Of a DNA stretch of 64,000 bases, positions 51,871 to 64,000 are shown one piece after another. The notes under the pieces are model-generated. The model searched no databases. It saw only the letters and a program-made list of their open reading frames with translations, and was not told the DNA's origin. How positions within the stretch are numbered: the first letter of the stretch is position 1; each line of letters begins with the position of its first letter. The stretch is from the NCBI RefSeq assembly GCF_009914755.1, contig NC_060931.1, one strand, 5' to 3'. The DNA is from the human T2T-CHM13v2.0 reference genome, Homo sapiens. A program made the translations under genes and the position numbers.

Positions 51871-54800
51871 TAACACGTTTATTTTGTGCTTTATTAAATA
51901 CCCAGTTATTGGATTATCCTTCTGGCTCCAGGTTCTTTTTTAAAAATAGCTTTCGTATGATCTGAGAAATATTCTTACATCAAATACATTTGTTTGCTCT
52001 CTCTTTGAGATTTCACACACAGAAAAAACATAAATGCTCAATCATTAAAGGTGGTGAAGATAGCTCTTTCTCATCTTGTGGTCCTACTGAAAAGTCATTA
52101 AGAACAAGAAATCCTGTCCAATGCCCTGTTATAAAAAGTAATGACAGTAAAGAAATTATTCTGAGCAAAACCAACTAATTTCAACAGTCACAGCAAAAAG
52201 TCAAACTCAGATGATTCAATTTACTCATTGATGTAGAAACAGGAGAAAAAAACATATTTGAATCAGATGATCAATGATCAAGGAATGATGTGTTTCCTGT
52301 TAAATAATTCTTAATTAAAGAGGAATGTTTTTATAGTTTTTCAATAGAACATCTTGCTATGTATTATTATCTTGAGTCATGCTCACTGTTTTTACATACT
52401 ATAAAGTTTAAGACATGTTTTACTTTCTTGTCTTAGGAAATTCAGTAAAATAAATAAATTGAATTATATATTTTTTGATCATTCAGAGGTCTAGCATTTT
52501 TTATTTTCTTCTAAATATAAATTCTCATTATGAAACTCTGTAAATGTAGAAACTATGGAACAAACAATATATAGAATGCTCTTTGGAGATCAAAAGAAAA
52601 TTAATCTTTTTCAAGTGATTTTGAAAATGTCCATTCTAGTGGAAGGAATGCTAGCCAGGTAGAAAATGAGGGTTCTAAAAAAACTCTGCCACTAATTCAC
52701 GTCTTTCCTCATTTGCTAAAATAAAGGAATAGGGTTAAGTGGCCACAAATTCCATTTAGTTCTTTAGTTGCATTATTAGAAAAGTGATGTTTGTTCCTTA
52801 TTTTTAAAGTGTGAAGAGCAAAACCAAAACTGCAGGTATTTGAAATTAGCTGTACTCTCTTTAATATAGTTTATTGTGTTGATGCATTGGTCTCATAAGA
52901 ATCAAAGCCTGCATTCTCCGTGCCGGTTGACTTTGGAGCACTAATGAGTTGTAAGTGCATTTATTAAACCAGTATCACTCCACGGCCTAGGCCTTTCTCT
53001 ACAGAGAAAAGAGCTAATGAAAGGAACTAATGAAAGAGACTCGAGCTAATGAAAACAAAAATCAACTCAACCCCCAAACAATGGTGTCTGGAGTAGCTGA
53101 ATTATCCTTCCTCCTAAACTAAGAAGTGTCTCGCATTTCCAAACCGTCAGTACTCTATTGTAATTGCTTTTGTTTGGACTACAAAGTGTTTGGGGGCTCC
53201 AGAACGTAGGGTGATTAGTGATCCCAATATCCATGTTCTCTCTGCTAAATTGAATTTAGCATATTTGTTACAGGTGATCCCTGGGGCCTTTGTACACACA
53301 GAAAGAAATCAAATTAATAATTCAAAACGTAAAAGCTATCTGTTGGTCTCTCTTAACTTAATTTGTTTGGGGTCAGGTCCACACCTTCTAATTCAGAACG
53401 CGATTTCAGTGACTCTTGAGCTGTGATGCTCAGTGAATGGAGAGTAGAAAAGCTCGAGGAGACAAATCTCCTTAAACACAATAAAACCGACAGTGGGAGA
53501 ATTTCCAAAATGGGGTTGTGATTGAAAATACACATTGACAAAGGCTTCTCTTTACTTCTGCTTTTCATAATATAAACTCAAATATGTGTGTACATATATA
53601 TATTTAAAGTTTCAGACTGCTGTAAAAATTAGTCTGTCTATGGATCCAGAGAGTTCATCTATATCATAGTGGAGGAATGTGGAAGATGAGTGAGAAAGCA
53701 AGCATGAAGTCATGAGTTCAGAAAAGATTGCAAAATGCTTCTCTATACAGATGGTCCCTCATCACGCTGTGTTGTGGAGTGTCGTACAGACAACTGTGAA
53801 AACATGGAGAGCAGAGTCTTGTGTCTTAAGCCATGCATTGCCTGGTGCAAATGAGAACTCCGTCATGATATGTTGATTTGAATAAATGTATGTACACAAA
53901 TGTAATCATTTTAGAAGAAGCCCAGTCTTACAGGCATAAGCAGCAAACCTAACCACAGCTTCCACCTTTCAAAAGTCCTTCTTACGGTGCTGAAGGAATT
54001 TATTTTGCATTGGTTTGCTGGAAAGAAAATAATGGTCTTGACTATTACAGTTCTTTACTTTCTTCCAGAAAAGCGACCATGGCCTGGGTATGGTTTTCAG
54101 ACTGCATTTTTACAGAGTATTTAAGGGCAAAGGGGCATTTATTTTTGCCAAACAGACTGAATTTCACAAATGATACATGAGGATTAGTGAATGGTGTTCA
54201 CTGTAGCATTAAACTGCTTTTTTTATGGCCAGATACCATTCCAATCTAAATCTGCAGAAGCTATTCATGAGAGAATTACACTGTGAGGTTACATTTGGGT
54301 TGGTTCTACTCAATAAAGTGACATAAAAAGAAGAGCCAATGTAGTCAACAGAATTTCTAAGAGGCAATCTTATTAGTTTTCTTATTTATAAGCGTGGCTA
54401 AAGCATTAATGGTGCTTTCACAGATTTTACGCCATTGTGAATGCATGTTGTCAGGGGACTCTCTGGATCCACAGGCTAATTTTCACAGCAGTCTGAAACT
54501 TTCAAGCATGGATTAAAATTATGCTTACCCTTTACTTACTATTAGTTCATAACCCTCAACATTTATGTGAATAATCTAAGTTTCTTTATAAAACATAGAA
54601 CAGAGTTTGCAGGCATGATACGCTTCAGAAGAGGTGGGAGCACAATTTTAGGCAGGTGGTGAAGAAATTTTGAAACAAATTCTGAATCAAAATTTGTTTA
54701 GATTACAAAAATAGAAGATGATATTGTTAATAATAACGGCACAATTATGTAGTTTCTGCTTAACTGTTTCAGCAATGGATTAAAACAATATTAGAGAAGG

Positions 54801-57030
54801 TTAAAACAATAGAAATTATAATAGCATATTTCTTTGTAGTAAATTAGAAATTTAATATATATTGTTTTATACTTAATTCCTGGGGAAAAAAAAGAAACTT
54901 GTGGCAGTTCAGAGTGGATTGCAATAGGATTTATTGAATCCCCTATGTGTGCCAGGCACTCATTCAGGGCCGCTCTGCAGGGCTTTGTGATACACAAATC
55001 AAAAGTGTGCAATTCACAGAAACTTCAATGCAAACTTTTCTCTCTCTCTCTTTGTTGTGCAACTCAGGAGCCATGGAAGTTTCTTATTTGATATAGAAAA
55101 TCAAAAGGTATAGAAGATGAAGTTTCTGCTTTTGAGAAATTTCTACTATGAGGGGAATAGGTGTTACTTTTCAGGATAGTCTCATGGTCAGAGGGTTAAT
55201 TAACTTGCTTTTGGCCAACATAGCTAGTGGGATGAGTATATAAAATCTGAAATTCAGATGGTCTAATTTAAAATTTAGTGTTATTAACATTATATTGCAT
55301 TAATTTCTTTTAACCTAAAACTTTGCACCAATAATAAACTTTTTTAACTTATAATTCTTGTAAATTTAACTCCTCTCTCCACCACTGCAAAAAGTGCTTG
55401 GCAATGTGAGTACCAGCTGCTTTTAGACCCTGCTAAAAAACTGTGCCCAATATTTTGAGTTTCCATTTCAGTTCTGCGTCTTGTGACTTCTAGTTAAAAG
55501 AATTGTGTGCCTTTGTAAGCGTAGAGTTTGTACGAACAAATGATATGAAATCAGTTAGACTTGACATCTAATTTTACATCCGTTAGTTATTTATCAGCTG
55601 TAAACATCTCTAGTAGAATTTTAAAATCTCAGTTCCTTGTACATAAAGGGTCATTGAAGAGACCAGTGTTTCGGAGATGTTTGGGAGTATAAATCAGGCA
55701 GTATATTATATAGGCACTTAGTACATCTGAGAGAATTGATAAAAACGTGTGTATGTCATGTATGCTAATCACTTCTTAGTAAACATATATTTCAACCCCC
55801 TTTATTTAATGCTTTTATTTGGACATATGTTGTAGGAGTCGTTCCTCTCCTCACAACAAGATATGATCATGCTATCATATATTTTAAAGAGTTAAGTTAG
55901 GAAATGGAGTCAATTCTCAACAGGAGCTTATCTGCAGTAGATTGCTTTGGTCAAATCCAAGATATACATACAGCTAGTAAATAACATACTTGGTAAATGA
56001 TATGCCAAGATTTGGCTGAATCCAAAGCCTAAACTTGTATATTTACCAGTATATACTTTCTTTTTGCAAACAATCCAGTTATTGATCACATTTCCCTATA
56101 ATGCCGATGAGTTATTCAGCAAAAATATGACAGTTTAGGGAATGTCTACATTATTCTTAATTTATAATATAGAAAATACTGTTAATTACCTATAACTAGC
56201 ACCATGTATCTCTCCTAGCAATACTCTTAGAATAAACCATAGGGCTAAGTCCGCATAATACTTTGGAGATTTTATGTTTTTTGTGATGGGTAAGTGGGTA
56301 AAAAAATCTTCATTCCCCATACAAATAGATGATTTTTGACTTAGATTAATAATCAGTGTCTACAAAAGAGGTATGCTCTTATGTTCTTGCTATTAGCAGG
56401 CATGTTGATGTGGCTATATATGTTGCAGTGGTGATAATAAAAATGTGGATTCATAATTTTTCACATGTATATTAGAAAACAACATGTGACAATGTCTGTG
56501 TTGACATATTTTCCAAATTTAATATAAAACAAAACTATTTCAGTTTTAAAAATAAGCACCTAAGTAATCACAATAAGGGGAGATAATAGGAAAATTTAAA
56601 ATAATTCACATACTTATAAAATACAATAGGTAACATAAAGCAAAATGATAAATACAGAAAAGCTAAAAACAATAAAACACAGTTTAGAAGAAACAAAAAC
56701 ACAGAGATTATTTGTATCCTGGAAACAGAAACCTCTAAAACTTGATAAATATTTTTAAGAACCTAACTTTAATTTTGAAGGATGCAGTATGAAAACAATT
56801 TATGAAATTTCTTAAACAGGACAATAGCAAGTGCTTGGTGTATAAACTCTATGGAACATTAACTATAAACATGTTATTCCGTTATATTAAAGAATGGAGA
56901 ATATAAAACTGAGAAGAGGCTAAGTAGACTGCCCTGTTGACAAGCAATATCTAAAGCTGTATTGTTAACATTTGTTGACATTGTAGAAATATTAGAAAGA
57001 CAAGAATCTCTATAAATTATAATTCTAAAC

Positions 57031-57376
57031 CATGGGTCCCCAACTGCCGGGCCACAGACTGATGCTGGTGTATGGCCTGTTAGGAACCGGGCCGCACGGC
57101 AGGAGGTGAGCGGTGGCAAGTGAGCATTACTGTCTGAGCTCACCTCCCTTTAGATAGCGTTGGCGTTAGGTTCTCATAGGAGCGTGAACCTTACTGTGAA
57201 CGTGCATGAGAGGGATTTAGGTTGCGCGCTCCTTATGAGAATCAAGCTAATGCCTGATGATCTTGGGTGGAACACTTTCATCCTGAAACCATCTACCCCA
57301 ACCTCACCCTCCTGTCCGTGGAAAAATTGTCTTCCATGAAATCAGTCCCTGGTGCCAAAAATGTTGGGGACGACTG
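57031..57376 (+). mobile_element. MER1B (hAT-Charlie)
   Basis: TIRs catgggtccccaac / gttggggacgactg. Perfect 8-bp TSD ttctaaac (57023-57030 / 57377-57384). Confidence 0.92.
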
Positions 57377-57829
57377 TTCTAAACGACAAAACTACTATTT
57401 CAAAGATATAAGCATAGCTCATGTATGTATGTGTGGGTTATACACTATTATAACACAGAATAAAATAATAAATGCCATATTGAATCAAAACTATATTTCA
57501 TATTATCTAGTGAAATGCGTACCATGTTTAAGGTGACTAGAGATAATTTTGGCATCTATTTACCATTCTCCCTCGCATTCATACAAAAATATTATGGTTG
57601 AATTGTAAGTGCATTGCTCAAAAATCCTTCTCATGAAACGTAAGCTTATTTAAACCAGTATTTCTCAATTTGTGCTTCATTGACACTTAATCCTATAAAA
57701 TGGCAAACTAAAAAAATAATTGTACATCAAAATAAGTTTGGTAAATAATGAACTTTAAAATTTCTCCTTAGATGCTGGGATAAATATATTAATGCCTGCT
57801 AAACATTCCATTTGTTTCCTTATATTTTC

Positions 57830-58185
57830 TAGCCTGTTTGGGCACTCAAATTTGTGAGGAGTTATGGCCAAAAAATGTGATCAAAAGTGAAGTGGATTTT
57901 GGACTAAGACACTGGAAAACTCATGTGCAATTCCCCAATCTCGTTTTTTTTTTTGTTTGTTTTTGTCCCCTTTCTTACCGGAGTAAGGGAGGAAGCCCCA
58001 TGTTGCAGATGGTACAACCACAAAATAACAGTACCTGTATTAGCCAGGGGTTGTTATGGAACAGAACATCATTGCTATCCCATGATGGGGACATAGGGTT
58101 AACAATATACACATCTTTATTGTTAAGCCCCTAGGAGTTCAGGGTTTGCTATCGAGACGTAATCTAGCTTACATTGGTCATATGC
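57830..58185 (+). mobile_element. Old MLT1 (I/J-like) LTR
   Basis: gagttatggccaaaaaatgtgatcaaaagtga...catgttgcagatggtacaaccacaa...ctttattgttaagcccctagga. Confidence 0.55.
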
Positions 58186-59906
58186 TATACATTATACATA
58201 TGTATATCTTACTAGCAAGCCCGGAATGCCTAGTATACATATGTGCAATTCGTATCATATAATAAAAAACTCTTAGTCTTCATGCAGTAAAGGGAATTCT
58301 CAAACTGTTTCTGTCACATATCCTACAGTTATTTATCCATAGAAGCTTTTTTTTTTTTTAAAGAGTCTATTCATATCCCCTTGATCCAGGGTTCCATGGA
58401 ACACAGCTTGTGAAACACTGATTTTAGATGGTTTTTCATCTTATTTATTTCATTATCCTTTTTAGCAACAAGGGATCAAACACTGTGAAGGTTTACTCTC
58501 TACTGGATAAGAGAGTAAGTCTATCTTTGCCCAAATATTACCTTCAGAAGTTTGGGCTACATATTTATAATGAGCTGAAAACTTGTGTTCATATTTATAT
58601 TTCTTTTATTAGTTTGCATTTTAATTATATCTAATTTTTCACATTTTCAGACATGGTAGGTTATTTTCATGAAAATAGCAATAATACTACTAAGAGTTTC
58701 TTTTTAAATAGTTTTCCAAGTCTTTAATTTAGTTGTTCTTTCCTGGATTTTCTAGAATTCTTTTACTCATAATTGAACACCAAAAACTATTTTTACAATG
58801 GTTGTACAATATAATTTCTAAAAGATTAAGATAGGTTTTTTATTGAGCTTTGGTTGATATCTCAAAACATTTAGAGTGGACACCAGGGAATACTGGAAAA
58901 ATAGGGATTCATTTTGCTATCTAGTTCTTTCTCTCGGGCACACACTTGTTGAACATGGTCTGTCATCCTGAGCATAGATTTTAATGCCTCTAAAATCATT
59001 TCTATTCTTCAGGCTATTTTCATACCTTAAGAAGTTTTCTTTTCTAATTTATTCATGTTAGCTTTACATTGCATTTTCAAAAACAGAAAACAGTGTAGGA
59101 TTTCATTATATCACTTTTTGGATTATTTATTACTAAAAAAAAGTACCGCCACAGGTGGATGGAGTATCTTAACATTAATACATCTGTTCTCTTTTTTAAA
59201 ACTGGAGAGCACATTTCTCCCCAGAGAAGGGGACTATGTATCCCTTCCTTATATTTCCAGTGTTTAAGATATTCATTTTTTAAAAAACACTCTCTTCAAT
59301 TTCAAAGACATACACCAAAGTTATGTTTTCTCTCATATAGTATGCTTGTCAAAGTGTTTAGCAGCTTATCTATTGATGTAGATGCCACTAACTTCTTTGA
59401 CATGAAAACAATATTTCTTATTCTTTATTTCTCATACTGCTTTTAGAGCCAGTAGCTGGCCTTCTTTTTTCCCTTAAGTATGAATATTCATCAAGGAACT
59501 TGTTGGACATTTTTTTGTTTGTCTTCTCTTCTTTCCTCCTGGTATTATATATGTTTATTTAGCCTTAATCATTACTTCAAAGTAGATGATTTGAAAATTG
59601 TATGTTCTGTCCAAATCTCATCTAAAAACTCACCCCATATTTCCAGAAGCCCCCAAACAAAATGCCATCTGCATCTACTTCTTCATATTTGAAGTTTAAT
59701 TTCTACAACTTTCCACAAAACAGAATTTTTTCCTTATTTTCATATATATATGGGAGCAGAATGACTCTTGTCGTAGTCACAAAGGTTCCAACTTGATTAA
59801 GCACTTTAGAGAGGTACTTAAAAAAACACCTTTCCTTACATTGTATGCAAAATTAGCATATTTTTCTGGATTTATGAAACAATCCCACTTTCAAATAATC
59901 TCTCTC

Positions 59907-60220
<314 letters not shown>

Positions 60221-60583
60221 CTATATTAACATAAGTATATTAAAATTTGACAGACCAGTTGCTGTACTTTTTGGATTGGTTTTTGAAAACATAGACTTTA
60301 GTAGTAAGAAACTTAGTGGAGTAAAAGTAAATGAAGATGAGTACTTTTAAAATTTAAAGTGTGGTCAGTTAAAACTTATTTAACCTAACACTCAATTAAG
60401 TGTATGAAAAGTGCTGAGATTTATCCATTAATTTTTCTCATAAGAAACTAGATCACGTATTTCTTTTACCAAAATTCTATTTGACATTCAACTTAAAATC
60501 CAAAGAGTGTAATGAAAGCCCTTAAGATAATGACTGTGAAATAGCAATATAGCCTGACGTTTAATGAAGTGGATGGGTATGTC

Positions 60584-60620
60584 TCTTACCTAAAGAGAAG
60601 ATGTGAAAATTTAAAGTCAC
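60584..60620 (-). other. Candidate recursive splice site (3' splice site directly followed by 5' splice site)
   Basis: Minus strand gtgactttaaattttcacatcttctctttag|gtaagag, junction at 60590/60589. Confidence 0.35.
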
Positions 60621-62149
60621 ACTGGTTATGCTGTCTGTGTGTATATCTTCATTTTTAAAAAAATCAGACTCTTGAGAATTTCATTACCTAGCCCTCCACC
60701 AAAACAATGCATCTGCGTAAATATTTCACAATTTTCCATTGTTTTAAAGTTGGCTGATGAGAGGTTACTTAGTACTGTTTGGTATTTTTCCCAAATCTTT
60801 TATACCACAACCCGGAAGTACCCATGCCTCACTTGTGGTAACATAAATACATAGATTCATATTTCTGATTAAGTTATAATTATTATTTTACATAAATATC
60901 TTGTCTAGTTATCTGAAAAACCTAATATTAGAATTTAAGATAGGGAGATGTTAGTTCAGTGAAGCAGTATCTTCATTACCAAATACGTAATGTGATTGTT
61001 GATTGTACATTTGGAATGTCACACAGTTCATTCTTGTTCCCACTGGACATAAATCAAAATGTTACATTGACAACTTGTCCTACAAGTCTAAAATAAGAGT
61101 CAGTTTTGTCAGAATTGTAGGCGTATTTCACTTACTCATAAGTTGAAGATTTTGGAGAGATGAACGAGGTGATCAGAGGATACATTCAATAATGTTTTTG
61201 ACCTTTATTTAAACCCTGTCAGTATGAAAACTTCAGAATAAAACTATAAACATATGTAATGAGTGTGACTGTCAGGTCAAAAATTCAACCGTGAAAAAAA
61301 TTTTCTCTGGAAGACAACTTAATATCTTTCTTAAGCCCTATTCTTCTGGGTTGGCAAAATAAAATTTTTTGGGGGGTTTGTGACTAAGTTTCAGAGGACT
61401 TTCATATTGCAAGACAATTCATATGCAAGTTGTCCTCAAGTCATCTCTCTATGCGGTATCTCCTGAAAGAACTGTCTCCCTATTTGGTCTTCGATTACAG
61501 ATACACATCAACTCTCTTCCCTGCCCACCTGTTCCTTTCATTTAAAGTGGCCCTCTCTGCTGCTGATTACATGCATGGCCATGGAGATCATTCTCTGGTT
61601 TCCATCCATGGATGTCAGTGTCTACAAGATGAGTTCATTGGCCTAAACCTGGCATGCATTTCCTCTTGCTGATGCTCTGGAGTCTACTGAGGAAGGTCCT
61701 CTTTGCTCTTGAATCTCGCATTCCTCTCTGGGTTTTTGCCAGTTCCCAAAATCTCTACCTGAGAAGAAGGCATGGAGCTCCTCTCAGCATCGCCTCTCAT
61801 CTCTTCTGCTGTGTCTCTCTTTTCTTCGCTCCTGGGTCTCCAGCTGGAGACAAGGACACAGAGATGATCAGATATTTACTAGTTTCTGCATTATTGTCTC
61901 TTTCCCAAGAAGTCTCATGGAAGAAACAAACAAACAAAAGAGGGTAAAATTGGAAAAGATAAAACATGTAAAGATATTAATTTTTTGTATCTTCCTTGTA
62001 AGCTTGACATCATTCTCTTTCAAAACACAAAGGTACTGTCATGTATTTGCACATCCCTCATGTCTTCTGTCATTATTTACTCTTCTGAAATTATTTCTTC
62101 TCTTGGAGGAGTACTTTCTCTGTGTAATTTTCAAATGTTGTTTGTGTAT

Positions 62150-62435
62150 ATTTCTGTGTGTGGCAAAACTTTTGAAGTCTTCTATTCCAAAGAGTATATA
62201 TATTTCAACCTCACTTTCAAGTGATGAAATATCTATATATAAAACTGTAAGCCACAAGTTATTTTTCTTTTACACTTTAGAAGGGTTCATCCTTATCTTC
62301 TTGCATCGAGGGTTTCTTATGCCCATCTAATTTTTGTTCCTTGTTTCGGGAAGTCTTTTGAATGTTTGCACTTTCTTTACTTAAAATATACTATGATACA
62401 TCTAAGTGTAGGTTTTTAATTCTAAATGTTATGTG
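62150..62435 (-). mobile_element. Old L1M/L1ME fragment
   Basis: tatttcaacctcactttcaagtgat...tataaaactgtaag...agttatttttcttt...actatgatacatctaagtgtaggtttt. Confidence 0.45.
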
Positions 62436-62500
62436 TGTTAGTGGTGAGATAGGTACAAATGCAATAGAGGAAACTAGGAAAAATTCTCAATCCATTTGGG

Positions 62501-62551
62501 GTGTGTGTGTGTGTGCGTGCGCATGTGTGTGTGTATGTGTGAGTGTGTGTG
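62501..62551. repeat. Imperfect (TG)n microsatellite
   Basis: Direct read. Confidence 0.9.
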
Positions 62552-62989
62552 AAACACCTTCCTCCAAATCTTAATCTTACAGGTCTTTTTACCTCATCAA
62601 AAAAACTCAGTAGGTCAAAAACTCTGTGTTGAATTGGTACCTCTTGAAAGAGCCTGATGCCCCACTAACATCTGTGGTCCATCTTGAATGGGGACAGCTT
62701 ATCACAATAGAAGGAGCTATTGATCGTGACTTATCCTTGAGTCCCCTCCTGCTCACTTGACATTTTTGTGGTATCGTACTAGCCCTGCACAGCACACCTA
62801 GCCCTGTTCCGTGGATTTAGCCTTCAGGATTCCAACATTAGTACTTGAGGCTTGAGGACTGAGGAGGTGAGTGTAAGCACTAAGCATTCTTCTTGTCTTG
62901 GGTGCAGATTTCACAGTATTTCCAAAGATTCGTTCATACTCCATGGCTTGTGCTTTTGAAGTTTCGTTTTCATTAAAAATAAAAACATG

Positions 62990-63365
<376 letters not shown>

Positions 63366-64000
63366 CTAAAAATAATTATACTTTACGACCATCTTTTCCC
63401 TGTAAAGTTAAATGGTAATTGCATAATCGTATTTAGAATAAAAGAGAGTTTCAGAGTGTGCCTCTGCTCTTTCCACCCCTTTCATTCATACCACTATGCT
63501 CAGGCCTCCCTGTTTAGAAATTTGGGGACTACTCCTGAGATACAGAGTGAGAAGAAGGAAAAATTAGGACAAAGCCGTAATAACTCTTACTGCTCCCAGT
63601 ATTTGCATTAATTTTTTGTGTTAAATAATTTAATCCATCTAACAACCAGTTTATAACATTAGTGACCACAGTGTCGTCATTTTGTAACAAAGGCTATTTG
63701 GAAAATTACCAAAACCCAAAACTGAGTAAGTAGCAGAGCTATATTTTATATTCAGGTTTTGTCTGCCTGTCAACCACTTTTTTTATAAAGAAGACATCTA
63801 GATTAAGAGGCAAAAGACAGAGCTGCTATCCTAGCGCTGTCAATAGTGTGATCTTCCATAAGCCATATAATTTCTTTGTGCCCCAATTTTATCTTTTGTT
63901 AATTAATAGCATAAAGCCCTATTCTAGCTGGTTTGAGCATTAAGCAGAATTACATAAGTATAGCCTGTGAATATGGCTAGTATTATCACAGTGTTCTGTA

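Noticed and set aside
61917-62330. 137-aa hydrophobic ORF and similar F/L/I-rich ORFs such as 42944-43294
   Set aside because: Codon artefact of T-rich or old L1 sequence, with no domain similarity or splice context.

Overview
Primate, almost certainly human, genomic DNA: it carries an AluYa5 with all five diagnostic sites and an AluYe-lineage element. It is AT-rich and CpG-depleted, with no CpG island and no recognisable protein-coding gene. Most ORF-track entries are chance ORFs or read through Alu, L1 or LTR sequence; the only real protein similarities are decayed L1 ORF2 and a short CR1/L3-like RT remnant. The window is intronic or intergenic, and I could not name the locus. It holds 11 Alus plus one FLAM monomer, about a dozen L1 fragments (two with twin-priming 5' inversions), MaLR/ERVL LTRs (THE1, MLT1, LTR33, MER77-like), DNA transposons (Tigger2a, MER58A/B, MER1B), MIR/L2 relics, STRs and a tailless 7SL retropseudogene. 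The most interesting unexplained signals are on the minus strand: candidate non-coding exons (best 4155-4036 and 38177-38033), a donor/acceptor pair only 31 nt apart, and a textbook recursive-splice motif (TAG|GTAAGA) at 60590/60589. These hint at a long minus-strand spliced transcript, probably a lncRNA, but that is inference from motifs only. I found no convincing evidence of a new biological system. Repeat subfamily names come from remembered consensus features, not a RepeatMasker run, and boundaries of old elements are approximate.
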